Assembly (NCBI GenBank): GCA_965652295.1
Contig: CBFGTS010000024.1
Span: forward strand, 1 to 42,404
Direction: 5' to 3'
Source: an uncultured Haloferula sp.
GTDB lineage: Bacteria > Verrucomicrobiota > Verrucomicrobiia > Verrucomicrobiales > Akkermansiaceae
Length of the DNA: 42,404 nucleotides
Of this stretch, positions 1 to 8,821 are shown one piece after another (position 1 is the first letter of the stretch; every line of letters starts with the position of its first letter). A program made the position numbers and the translations under genes. Below the pieces are notes generated by a model. That model searched no databases and was not told the DNA's origin. It worked only from the letters and a program-made list of their open reading frames with translations.

Positions 1-109
1 TTGTGGGACGAGGGCGTCCCACCTCCGATCCATCCCGGACCGAATGCGACGATTTCGTCACTCTGCGCTGGTTTGCCAGGTGACGGCTTCGCTCTAATCG
101 GGACGCCGC

Positions 110-787
110 ATGCAACGCATTTTGATAGTCGAAGACGAACGGGACATCGCGGACCTGATCGGCTTCAATCTCGAACGCGCCGGATACGAGATCCTCAAGG
201 CGCACGACGGGATCCATGGCGCCTCGATGGCGATCCACGAGCAGCCGGATCTGGTCATCCTCGACCTGATGCTTCCCGGAAAGGATGGCTACGCCGTTTT
301 CAAGGAGCTGCGCCGGGACGCCCGCACGCGGGAAACCCCGGTCATCATGCTCACCGCCCGCGCCCAGACCGAGGACCGGATCCAAGGCCTTGAGGCCGGG
401 GCGGACGATTACCTCACCAAGCCCTTTTCGCCCAAGGAGCTGATGCTCCGCGTGCACGCCATCCTCAAGCGCTCCAACGCCGCGCCCGGCTCGGTGGTCG
501 TCGAGCACGGCCCGTTCCGCTTCAACAAGAACGACCTCAAGTTTTACCTGGAGGGGGAACCGATCGACCTCACCTCGACCGAGTTCAAGCTCCTCCTTTA
601 CATGACCGAGCGCCCCGGCCTCCCGCAGGACCGCAACGACCTGCTGCGCTCGGTGTGGGGATACAGCGACGACGTCCACAGCCGCACGCTCGACACCCAC
701 ATGAAGCGGCTCCGCCAGAAGCTCGGCCATCACGCCGAGATGATTGAAACCGTCCGGGGAGTCGGGTACCGTGTCGTTACGCCCTGA
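110..787 (+). CDS. phoB: OmpR/PhoB-family response regulator (PhoB-like)
   Basis: Receiver domain (ILIVEDE, LDLMLP, MLTA, DDYLTKPF) plus winged-helix C-terminus (SRTLDTHMKRLRQKL, IETVRGVGY); directly upstream of a PhoR-like kinase. Confidence 0.8.
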   Translation: MQRILIVEDERDIADLIGFNLERAGYEILKAHDGIHGASMAIHEQPDLVILDLMLPGKDGYAVFKELRRDARTRETPVIMLTARAQTEDRIQGLEAGADDYLTKPFSPKELMLRVHAILKRSNAAPGSVVVEHGPFRFNKNDLKFYLEGEPIDLTSTEFKLLLYMTERPGLPQDRNDLLRSVWGYSDDVHSRTLDTHMKRLRQKLGHHAEMIETVRGVGYRVVTP

Positions 788-789
788 AC

Positions 790-2058
790 ATGTCCGATTT
801 CGTCGTCACGACGGCGGTCGCTGCGGCCCTGTCTGCCGTGGCCGCTCTCACCCTGCTCGCCCTCCGGCTCCGCCGCGCCCGTCGCGAGTTCGCGGAGCAG
901 GTCAATGCGTGGAAATCCAAGCTGGAGGTCGAGCTGCGCAGCGCCCGGGCCGAGCGCGACAAGATGCTCGATGCCCTCTCGGACGCCTTCCTGCTGGTCG
1001 ACGCCTCGGGAGTCATCCGCATCGCCAACGGCGCGGCGGAACGGTTTTTCAACGGCCGCTCGCTGGTGGGACGCCCGGTCAGCGAGGTCATGCTCGACCG
1101 CAATCTGGCGGCGGCGGTGAACGAGTGCGTGCAGGAGGGAAATCCCATCACCCGGCGCATCCCGCTGCACTACCACCGGTCCCATGGCGATATGCCGCCC
1201 GCGGGCCCCAAGGGCCAGGTCGTGTGGGACCTCGATGCGGCAAGGCTGGGTGGCATGCCCAATCAGGAGGATTTCACCCGTATCGTGATTCGTGACGTGA
1301 GCGTGGAGCACCAGACCGAGCAGATCCGGAAGGACTTCGTCGCGAACGCCTCGCACGAGCTCCGCACCCCCCTTGCGATCATCAATGGCTATCTGGAGAA
1401 CCTGATCGACGACGACCTGCTGGACGATCCCGACATCGCCCGCCGGTTCCTCAAGATCATGCGCAAGCACACCGAGCGGATCGCCCGGATCGTCGAGGAC
1501 ATGCTGGTGATTTCCCGGCTGGAAAGCGGCGAAGCCGCCGCGCTGAAGATCGAGCCCTTCCGGCTGCGGTCGTGCGTTCAGGATGTCCTCGAACGTCTCG
1601 AGTCGATGATCCGCCACCAGAAGGCGGAGATCCATGTGGAAATGGAGGACGAGGACCTCCAGCTCAACGGCGATCGCTTTTACTGGACCCAGGTTCTTTT
1701 CAATCTCATCGAGAACGCCCTGAAGCAGAACCCCCGTTCCGGCCTGCACGTGCACGTGGGTGCCCGGCGCGATGCGGGCGGCTTCACCCTGTGGGTGGCC
1801 GACGATGGCGTGGGCATTCCCGCGCAGGACTTGCAGCACATTTTCCGCCGCTTCTACCGCGTCGAGAAGCACCACTCCCAGGAGGAGATCAAGGGCACCG
1901 GACTCGGGCTCTCGATCGTGAAACGCGCGATCGAGGCGCATGGCGGCACGATCGAGGTCACTTCCGTTCCCGGCGAAGACACCCGCTTCACCATCCGCAT
2001 CCCCGCCCTCGCCGCAGCCGAACTCGCCGCCAGGGTCGATGAGCAGGGTGCGGCGTGA
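790..2058 (+). CDS. phoR: PhoR-like sensor histidine kinase (TM, PAS, HisKA, HATPase)
   Basis: RKDFVANASHELRTPL H-box, NLIENALK N-box, DDGVGI, IFRRFYRV, GTGLGLSIVK; one N-terminal TM and a PAS-like segment. Confidence 0.8.
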   Translation: MSDFVVTTAVAAALSAVAALTLLALRLRRARREFAEQVNAWKSKLEVELRSARAERDKMLDALSDAFLLVDASGVIRIANGAAERFFNGRSLVGRPVSEVMLDRNLAAAVNECVQEGNPITRRIPLHYHRSHGDMPPAGPKGQVVWDLDAARLGGMPNQEDFTRIVIRDVSVEHQTEQIRKDFVANASHELRTPLAIINGYLENLIDDDLLDDPDIARRFLKIMRKHTERIARIVEDMLVISRLESGEAAALKIEPFRLRSCVQDVLERLESMIRHQKAEIHVEMEDEDLQLNGDRFYWTQVLFNLIENALKQNPRSGLHVHVGARRDAGGFTLWVADDGVGIPAQDLQHIFRRFYRVEKHHSQEEIKGTGLGLSIVKRAIEAHGGTIEVTSVPGEDTRFTIRIPALAAAELAARVDEQGAA

Positions 2059-2133
2059 GCCGATTCCGGAGCCGCGACGCCTTCATCTTACGTCGGAGGC
2101 AGGGCAATCGGGTGCCGGGAAACGGATGAAGTG

Positions 2134-2292
2134 AACCGCGGATGAACGCAGATAGCCGCAGATTTTCAGAGGATGGACGCCGACGTCCGCGAACAAAAGA
2201 TGGCCTCAAGGCCGTTCGGGGCGATTTCTCCTCCGTGTGAAATTGACCGCACCTCCCTCTCTATCTACGTCCATCCCCATTCATCTGCGGTT
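2134..2292. repeat. Imperfect inverted repeat made of three 10-nt units (consensus ~RAACGCAGAT)
   Basis: 2134-2163 aaccgcggat-gaacgcagat-agccgcagat vs reverse complement of 2263-2292 aaccgcagat-gaatggggat-ggacgtagat (23/30 identical); lies between convergent phoR and the tRNA. Confidence 0.55.
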
Positions 2293-2351
2293 GGATCTCC
2301 CCAACTTGATCACCCAGTCTTGGAGAACTGGCAAAACCCTCCGATTTCGAC

Positions 2352-2427
<76 letters not shown>

Positions 2428-2499
2428 CTTGAATGGGCCGAAGGGCGGGCGGATGGTTTCCACACCCGTCCTCCGGAGGAAAGTCAATTCTCCTGCGAA

Positions 2500-3294
2500 T
2501 CAGCGCGCTGCGGTCGCCGGAGCGGTGTTGTTGCGCTCGATCGCGGCGTCGGACTGGGCCTTGAACCACTCGTCGAAGGTGTCGCGGCTGATCACTTCCA
2601 TCTGCCCGGCCATGTTGGCGTGGCCTTCGCCGCAGAGCTGGCCGCAGACGACGGAAGTCTCGAGGTTCCGGGTGGGCGTGAACCACATCGGGATCTCGCG
2701 GCCAGGGATGGCGTCCTGCTGGATGCGCATCGGGACGATCGAGTAGTTGTGGATCACGTCATTGGACCCGATGTTGAGGATCGCGGGGCGGTCCTTCGGC
2801 AAACGCAGCACCGAGGTGGTGAAGTCGTCCTGGGCGTTCGGGTCGGCAAGGTCGATCCCCGGATCGCTCGAGCTGGTCTTGAGGCGGTGGTCGATGCGAC
2901 CGAAGCGGCCGTCGGCGCCGGCGTAGTGATAGGTCCAGCCGAACTGCCAGCCGATCACCCGCACGCGGATCGGGTCGCGCTTTTGCACCTGGGTCCAGGA
3001 ATCACTGCGGTCCTTCCACATCGGGAGCGCGAAGCCGAGGAGCAGCACGGCCTCGAGAATGATGATGCCGATCTCCAGGTGGGTGGAGAGATGGTTGCGG
3101 ACTCCGTGATAGGACGCCTTCGGCTGCACCCCGCGGCGGTAGCGCACGATCGTGAAGAGGAAGAACAGCGTCCAGCCGACGAAGAGGGCGATCATCAGCC
3201 AGTGCACCACATCGATGACGTGGTCCACGCGTCCGCCGTGGGCGGAGAAGCTATCGGGAATGCCGAGGAATTTGGAAGGACTCAGGGAGTTCAT
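2500..3294 (-). CDS. coxB: Cytochrome c oxidase subunit II (CuA), no fused cytochrome c
   Basis: Two TM helices, WQFGW motif, DVIH...CGQLCGEGHANM CuA ligand set. Confidence 0.93.
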   Translation of the reverse strand: MNSLSPSKFLGIPDSFSAHGGRVDHVIDVVHWLMIALFVGWTLFFLFTIVRYRRGVQPKASYHGVRNHLSTHLEIGIIILEAVLLLGFALPMWKDRSDSWTQVQKRDPIRVRVIGWQFGWTYHYAGADGRFGRIDHRLKTSSSDPGIDLADPNAQDDFTTSVLRLPKDRPAILNIGSNDVIHNYSIVPMRIQQDAIPGREIPMWFTPTRNLETSVVCGQLCGEGHANMAGQMEVISRDTFDEWFKAQSDAAIERNNTAPATAAR

Positions 3295-3307
3295 GGAGAA
3301 AAGGGAA

Positions 3308-3535
3308 TCAGTGGGAGCCGCTGGCCTGCGGTTCGCCGCGGGGATCGAAGTCGTCGCGAAGTTCGGGATCGAGGGTCTGTTCGCCGCGGCGGGCGATGCG
3401 GATCATGCACCACACCACGCCCCCGAGGACGGGCACGATCACGGCGAGGAGAAACAGGATGGACCAACTGGCGGCGTTGGCGCTGTCCTGGAAATTGGCG
3501 GAGCAGGTCGAGCAGGCGAGCAAGGAGTCGATCAT
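3308..3535 (-). CDS. Small single-TM protein with N-terminal CxxC (ACSTC)
   Basis: 75 aa; tight spacing between the 66-aa ORF and coxB; hydrophobic helix WSILFLLAVIVPVLGGVVW followed by RIARR. Confidence 0.7.
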   Translation of the reverse strand: MIDSLLACSTCSANFQDSANAASWSILFLLAVIVPVLGGVVWCMIRIARRGEQTLDPELRDDFDPRGEPQASGSH

Positions 3536-3541
3536 GGTCGG

Positions 3542-3742
3542 TCAGAGCAGGAGCTTGCGGGACTTGCGATAGAAATAGACGCCGTAAACCGGCATCCCCA
3601 CCCCACCGATGGCACCCAGGACGCCGAGACCGGTGACCATCACGGACTTCTCACCGGCAAAGCCGAAAGCCCACACGGCGAGGAACACGAAGAGCAGCGT
3701 GCTCAGCGTGACGAAAACGATGTGAAAGGCGCGAAGTGACAT
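3542..3742 (-). CDS. Small two-TM membrane protein
   Basis: 66 aa, two hydrophobic helices, basic C-terminus, co-oriented within the oxidase cluster. Confidence 0.7.
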   Translation of the reverse strand: MSLRAFHIVFVTLSTLLFVFLAVWAFGFAGEKSVMVTGLGVLGAIGGVGMPVYGVYFYRKSRKLLL

Positions 3743-3781
3743 GGCGGGAAGATCGCGGGGATCCGGCGGTTGGCAAATCGG

Positions 3782-4156
3782 TCAGGATTCCGGAGCCGGC
3801 AGCACGGCGGCCGCCTGTCCTCCGTCGGAGAAGCGGTCGTAGTGGATCGGGTCATCCTTGGCCCAGAAGATGAGGAAGACCATGAAGATGGCGAACACGA
3901 TGCCACTGGAGAACAGCCAGTAGACGGCCTTCTTCTCGTGGTTGAGGTGCATGAAAATCGCCGCCACCAGCGACGCCTTGGTCGTGGCGATGAGGAGGCC
4001 GAGGATCATGTCGGCCGAGTCGAAGCCGTGCCTGCCGAAATCGAGGGCGGGCACCGTGGCCACCAGCACCGTCACGATGGTGCCGACGAACAGCGCCGCG
4101 CCGATGATCAGGTAGAGGCGGATGGATTTCTTGATGTCTTCTGCGGTGTCAGCCAT
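3782..4156 (-). CDS. Cytochrome c oxidase subunit IV family protein
   Basis: Three TM helices and the KASLVAAIFMHL motif (CtaF/CyoD-like). Confidence 0.88.
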   Translation of the reverse strand: MADTAEDIKKSIRLYLIIGAALFVGTIVTVLVATVPALDFGRHGFDSADMILGLLIATTKASLVAAIFMHLNHEKKAVYWLFSSGIVFAIFMVFLIFWAKDDPIHYDRFSDGGQAAAVLPAPES

Positions 4157-4174
4157 GGGTGCGGAAGTTGGGGA

Positions 4175-5989
4175 TTACATGAGGTAGAAGATCGGGAACG
4201 CGAAGATCCAGACGAGGTCGACGAAGTGCCAGAACAGGCCGCCGACCTCCACCCGGTTGGCGAGCCACTCGGGATTGGAAAGATACATCTTGCGACCGAA
4301 GAACAGGTAGTAAGCCAGCACGATCGCCCCGCCCACCACGTGCAGACCATGGAGACCGGTGATGGTGAAATAGATGGCGTAGTAGGTGTTCCATTTCGGC
4401 GTGAACTTGGAGTCCATCGCCACTTCCGCCCGCGGGACGGAAATGTGCGGGAATTTGCGGTGGTCGTAATCCGGGCCCTTGAAGTGCTCCGTGAGGGTCA
4501 TCGTCACCCGCGGAGGCGTGAAGGCTCCTTCCTCGATCTGCACTTCCTCCAGCGGCGTGTCCATGTAGTAGGCGATCTCCTGCCAGCCCATCCGGTAGCG
4601 GTCCTTGTGGGTCGGCTCGCGGCCCTTCTCCGCCAGCGCTGCGGCGAGTTGCCCCACGGCCTTCTGATGTTTTTCCCAGAGGTCGGCGATCTCCGGGTTA
4701 TTCTTGATGATCCAGCTGTTCTCGATGGCGACCAACGGATCGATGCCTTTCTCCTCGGCCTTCATGACAAGGTGCTGGAAGTCGATGCCGTCCACGTAGT
4801 GGAAATCCAGCGCCGAATACCCCTGCTCGCCGGCGAGGGTGGTGCCATCCCGCAGGATGATGCTGGTGAGGCCCTCGCGGTAGTCGGTGATGACGTCGTG
4901 GCTTTTGAAGCGGAGCGTGAGCGGCTCGGCTCCGGCAGCGACGTTGAAGGTGGCGGCGGTGGTTTCGGGACGTTCGATCTGGGAGAACTTCTTGGTGTCG
5001 ATGAGCACCGGCACGGTCTCACCGCTGCCCAGCTTGACCGATTCGACGTTCACATCGGTGGCGAAGTTGGCACGCATGCCGGCCTTCCAGCGGACGTAGG
5101 CTTCCTCGCGCTCCTCCGGAGGGAGCTCGGAACCGGCGGGGAACGACGCCACGAACGCGGCCTCACCGAGCAGGTCGTTCTCTTCCACGTCGGCCCACTT
5201 GATTTCCCACGCCTTGCGCAGGTAGTCGGCGCGCATCGTCTGATTGAAGGCGCGGTTCTCGGTCTGGGCGGCGAAGAGCTTCTCCAACAGATCCACACTC
5301 AGCTTTTCTCCCGCGGCGAAAACCTTGGAGGCGTCGGGTGACTCGGCATCCGGCCGGTTGAAGTTCAGGTCATGGGCCAAGGCGATGGTGGCGCCGGCCT
5401 GATCGGCTTCCGCGACGAATGACTGCACCCACGGCTTGTAGGCGCGCAGCAGGTCGAAGGTCATCGTCTCCGGCTGGAAGCGCTGGACGTTCATCTCGAT
5501 TTCCTCGCCCATGGCGTCCACCGCATGCTCGGCGTGGCCGCCTTCTCCGGCATGGTCGTCGTGACCGGCACCGGCGGGCTTTTCGTAATCGATGTGGCCC
5601 TCGATCACCGAGTAGTCCGCCAGACGTGCGGCCTGGTGATGGAACTTCACGCTGTACTCGAGGCCCTTGAAGCCCATGAAGACCAGCGCGCAGAGCACCG
5701 TGATGGCCATGAAGATCTGGAACTGCACCCACTTCCTCATCTTCAGCGAGGCCCACGCGAATACCACCGTGACGGAGGACGCGATCAGGATGAAGGTGTT
5801 CAGCAGGCCCGGCAGCACCGGGAGCGTCCGCTCCGGCCACGGGTAGTCGGCCCCGAGGCGGAGGAAAACGTAGCCTGAGAACAGGCCGCCGAAGAGCATG
5901 ACTTCCGACGCGAGGAACAGCCAGATCGCGATCTTCGAGTTGAAGAGACCGGTGTCCTTGCGCGGGGTGACGACGTAGGGGATTTCCAT
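4175..5989 (-). CDS. coxC: Cytochrome c oxidase subunit III with large internal soluble insertion
   Basis: WLFLASEVMLFGGLF, NTFILIASS, EY in aa 1-112; YFTITGLHGLHV and FWHFVDLVW in aa 534-604; ~415 aa extra in between. Confidence 0.9.
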   Translation of the reverse strand: MEIPYVVTPRKDTGLFNSKIAIWLFLASEVMLFGGLFSGYVFLRLGADYPWPERTLPVLPGLLNTFILIASSVTVVFAWASLKMRKWVQFQIFMAITVLCALVFMGFKGLEYSVKFHHQAARLADYSVIEGHIDYEKPAGAGHDDHAGEGGHAEHAVDAMGEEIEMNVQRFQPETMTFDLLRAYKPWVQSFVAEADQAGATIALAHDLNFNRPDAESPDASKVFAAGEKLSVDLLEKLFAAQTENRAFNQTMRADYLRKAWEIKWADVEENDLLGEAAFVASFPAGSELPPEEREEAYVRWKAGMRANFATDVNVESVKLGSGETVPVLIDTKKFSQIERPETTAATFNVAAGAEPLTLRFKSHDVITDYREGLTSIILRDGTTLAGEQGYSALDFHYVDGIDFQHLVMKAEEKGIDPLVAIENSWIIKNNPEIADLWEKHQKAVGQLAAALAEKGREPTHKDRYRMGWQEIAYYMDTPLEEVQIEEGAFTPPRVTMTLTEHFKGPDYDHRKFPHISVPRAEVAMDSKFTPKWNTYYAIYFTITGLHGLHVVGGAIVLAYYLFFGRKMYLSNPEWLANRVEVGGLFWHFVDLVWIFAFPIFYLM

Positions 5990-6043
5990 GACAGAAGGTT
6001 CAAGATTTCGGTTTCAAGCTTTCAGACTTGGAACCGTGGAGAC

Positions 6044-7921
6044 TCAGTGGGCAGGCGACTCGGCGGGTTTTTCTTCCGGCTGCGGGCTGGTGCGCTTCGG
6101 CGCGATCCACTGTGGCAGGTAGTCCTCGTCGTGATCGGGACGGCTGTATTCGTAGGGCCCGCGGTAGACGACCGGCTCGGTCTCGAAATTCCCGTGGCCC
6201 GGAGGCGTCGGCGTGGCCCACTCGAGCGTGGTGGCATTCCACGGATTGTCGCTGGTGACCTTCTTGCCGAAGAACTTCGACCAAGCGAGGTTGATGAGGA
6301 ACGGAAGCTGGGCGAGCGCCATGGCCCACGCGGCGTAGGACATGAGGATGTTGAGGTCGATGTGCTGGGCAACGGTCGAGCCGAACACGTTCGGGCTGTC
6401 GGGCACCTTGGCCAGATAGGCATCGCCACCATTGTACCAGCGGCGGTGGAAACCGGACATGCCCTGGGTGAGCATCGGGAAGAAGATCAGGTTCATGCAC
6501 ACCAGGCTCGGCCAGAAGTGGAGGTGGCTGAGGAAGGTGCTCATGTGGCGTCCGGTGATTTTCGGATACCAGTGATACACCCCGGCGAAGAGACCGAAGA
6601 GGATCCCGGGAGCGACGACGTAGTGGAAGTGGCCGATGACGTAGTAGGTATCGTGCAGGTGAAGGCCGACGAGATTGAACGCGAGCGGCAAACCGGTCAG
6701 ACCGCCGATACCGAACATCGGCAGGAATGCGCAGGCCCAGATCATGGCCGGAGTGAACCGGATCGATCCCTGCCAGAGTGAAATGATCAGCGAGGTGAGC
6801 AGGATCACCGAGGGGATGGAAACCAGCACCGTGGTGGTCTGGAACCAGGTCGAAACGCCGGGGCCCATGCCGGTCATGTACATGTGGTGAGCCCACACGA
6901 GAAAGGAGAGGAAGCCGAGCACGAGCACGCCGTAGACCATGCCCTTGTAGCCCCACAGCGGCTTGCGGGTGTTGGCCGGAATGATTTCCGCCACGCAGGC
7001 GATGGCCGGAAGGAGAAGCACATACACCTCCGGGTGGCCGAGGAACCAGAACAAGTGCTGGAACAGCAGCGGCGAACCGCCACCGGAGATTTCAAGCAGG
7101 CCTTCCGCCTTGGTCACCAAGCCGGAGGGCATGAAGAAGGAGGAACCGGTCACCCGGTCCATCAACTGCATGATGCCGGCGGCTTCCAGCGGAGGAAAGG
7201 CGAGCAGGAGAAGGAAACCGGTGACCAGCATCGCCCATACGAAGAAGGGCATGCGCATCCAGGTCAGGCCGCGGGCGCGCAGGTTGATGATTGTGGTGAT
7301 GAAGTTGACCGAGCCCAGAAGCGAAGAGGTGATGAGAAGCACCAGGCCGATCAGCCATTGCGTCTGCCCTGCGAGCCATTGGTTGACGATCTGGGCGTCG
7401 GCAATGCCGGCGAGCGGCGAGTAGTTCGTCCAGCCGGACTTGGCGGCTCCGGACTCCATGAAAAACGAGGCGCACATCACCAGGCCACCTGCGAGGTAGA
7501 TCCAGTAGCTCATCATGTTGAGCTTCGGAAACGCCATGTCGGGGGCGCCGATCTGCAATGGGGTCACGTAGTTGCCGAAGGCCCCGAAGCCGAGCGGCAC
7601 GACACCGAGGAACACCATGATCGTGCCGTGCATGGCACCGAACATGTTGTAGGTCTCACCCGTCACCTTGCCATCCTGCAGCCAGCGGGATTTCCAGGTA
7701 TCGGAGAACATCCAGCTCATCCACTCCGGCAGCGGCTCGTGCGGGAAGGCGATGCTCCAGCGCATCACCATCATCAGGAAAAAGCCGAAGAGCAGGAAGA
7801 GCCCGGCGGTGATTCCATACTGGAGGCCGATCATCTTGTGATCGGTGGAAAAAAGGTATTTCCGGACGAAACCCGGGTCGTGGTGATCGTGATGATCGTG
7901 TGCGTCAGCGTGGGCGCTCAT
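6044..7921 (-). CDS. coxA: Cytochrome c oxidase subunit I, A1 type
   Basis: STDHK, HGTIMVF, PDMAFP, FWFLGHPEVY, WAHHM, HDTYYVIGHFHY, RR pair; all six His ligands present. Confidence 0.97.
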   Translation of the reverse strand: MSAHADAHDHHDHHDPGFVRKYLFSTDHKMIGLQYGITAGLFLLFGFFLMMVMRWSIAFPHEPLPEWMSWMFSDTWKSRWLQDGKVTGETYNMFGAMHGTIMVFLGVVPLGFGAFGNYVTPLQIGAPDMAFPKLNMMSYWIYLAGGLVMCASFFMESGAAKSGWTNYSPLAGIADAQIVNQWLAGQTQWLIGLVLLITSSLLGSVNFITTIINLRARGLTWMRMPFFVWAMLVTGFLLLLAFPPLEAAGIMQLMDRVTGSSFFMPSGLVTKAEGLLEISGGGSPLLFQHLFWFLGHPEVYVLLLPAIACVAEIIPANTRKPLWGYKGMVYGVLVLGFLSFLVWAHHMYMTGMGPGVSTWFQTTTVLVSIPSVILLTSLIISLWQGSIRFTPAMIWACAFLPMFGIGGLTGLPLAFNLVGLHLHDTYYVIGHFHYVVAPGILFGLFAGVYHWYPKITGRHMSTFLSHLHFWPSLVCMNLIFFPMLTQGMSGFHRRWYNGGDAYLAKVPDSPNVFGSTVAQHIDLNILMSYAAWAMALAQLPFLINLAWSKFFGKKVTSDNPWNATTLEWATPTPPGHGNFETEPVVYRGPYEYSRPDHDEDYLPQWIAPKRTSPQPEEKPAESPAH

Positions 7922-8017
7922 GGCAGGTCAGAAATTGGAGTGAACGCAAAAGGCGGTCAATGAACAGCAGAAAATGCGGAGTTGAAGAGACGAATAGGGC
8001 TCAGAGCGATAGGAGGG

Positions 8018-8046
8018 AAAAATGCGGGCTGCCGGCAGCGACCCGC
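8018..8046 (-). terminator. Possible intrinsic terminator or attenuator between the cytochrome c gene and coxA
   Basis: Minus strand GCGGG-tc-GCTGCCGGCAGCCCGC then ATTTTT, just after the stop at 8050; stem is imperfect. Confidence 0.35.
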
Positions 8047-8049
8047 GGC

Positions 8050-8802
8050 TTATTCTTCCACGGGTGAGAGGGATACGGGATCGACCTTGGTGGTGGGGTC
8101 GAGGGGCTCGCCGGGCAGTTCCTCCATGTGGTCGGCCTGCAATTCCTGCTGGTCGAGTGGAGTACCCGGAGCCGACCGGGCTTCGGAGATTTCAAGCGCC
8201 TTGGCGGCCATTTCCGTCGTGACGATCCCGCCGGCATCATTACCGAACGAGTTGCGGACGTAGGTCATCACCGAAGCGAGATCGGTCGCGCTCATGCCGA
8301 CCCCTTGGGCGGGCATCACACCGAAGGTCTTGCCGGTGCTGGTCGGACCGGTGAGGCCATTGAGAACGATCATCGCGAAGCGTTCGGTCGGGCCCATCAC
8401 CCATTCCGAACCCGCGAGCGAGGGGTAGGCTCCCCCACCCTTGCCGTCGGGAGCGTGACAGCCGACGCACTTCGAGTAAACCTTCTCTCCCTTCGCCATG
8501 TAGGCCTTGAGGGCATCGACGGGCGGCGGACCGGAATCCTCGCCGCTGTCGAGAGCTTTGCGGGTGTAGTCGGGTGCGACGATCTGGTTGTAGTCGAACA
8601 TCCCGCCGGCCTGGCCGAGGACGAGGCCCGCCGCGATGGCGACCACCCCGCCGGTGGCGAAAATCCAGTTGGAAACCGGTTCGCGTCCACCATCGTCCAC
8701 GCGCTTTTCGCGGGCCACGGCAGCGGCATCGCGCAGGAGGCGGTCGTGGGACTCGGTGACGTTCAGCGAATCGTCGAGATCGGGCTTGTGAGGATCTTGC
8801 AT
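8050..8802 (-). CDS. Membrane-anchored monoheme cytochrome c
   Basis: One TM, CVGCH, PSLAGSEWV, VMPAQG (Met ligand), VMTYVRNSFGN. Confidence 0.9.
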   Translation of the reverse strand: MQDPHKPDLDDSLNVTESHDRLLRDAAAVAREKRVDDGGREPVSNWIFATGGVVAIAAGLVLGQAGGMFDYNQIVAPDYTRKALDSGEDSGPPPVDALKAYMAKGEKVYSKCVGCHAPDGKGGGAYPSLAGSEWVMGPTERFAMIVLNGLTGPTSTGKTFGVMPAQGVGMSATDLASVMTYVRNSFGNDAGGIVTTEMAAKALEISEARSAPGTPLDQQELQADHMEELPGEPLDPTTKVDPVSLSPVEE

Positions 8803-8821
8803 CGGATGCGGGAAACCGGGT

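Noticed and set aside
1..393. 130-aa ORF at the window start, and a possible Pho box
   Set aside because: Off-frame overlap of phoB with Arg/Pro-rich composition; no CTGTCAT-type 11-bp direct repeats seen upstream of phoB
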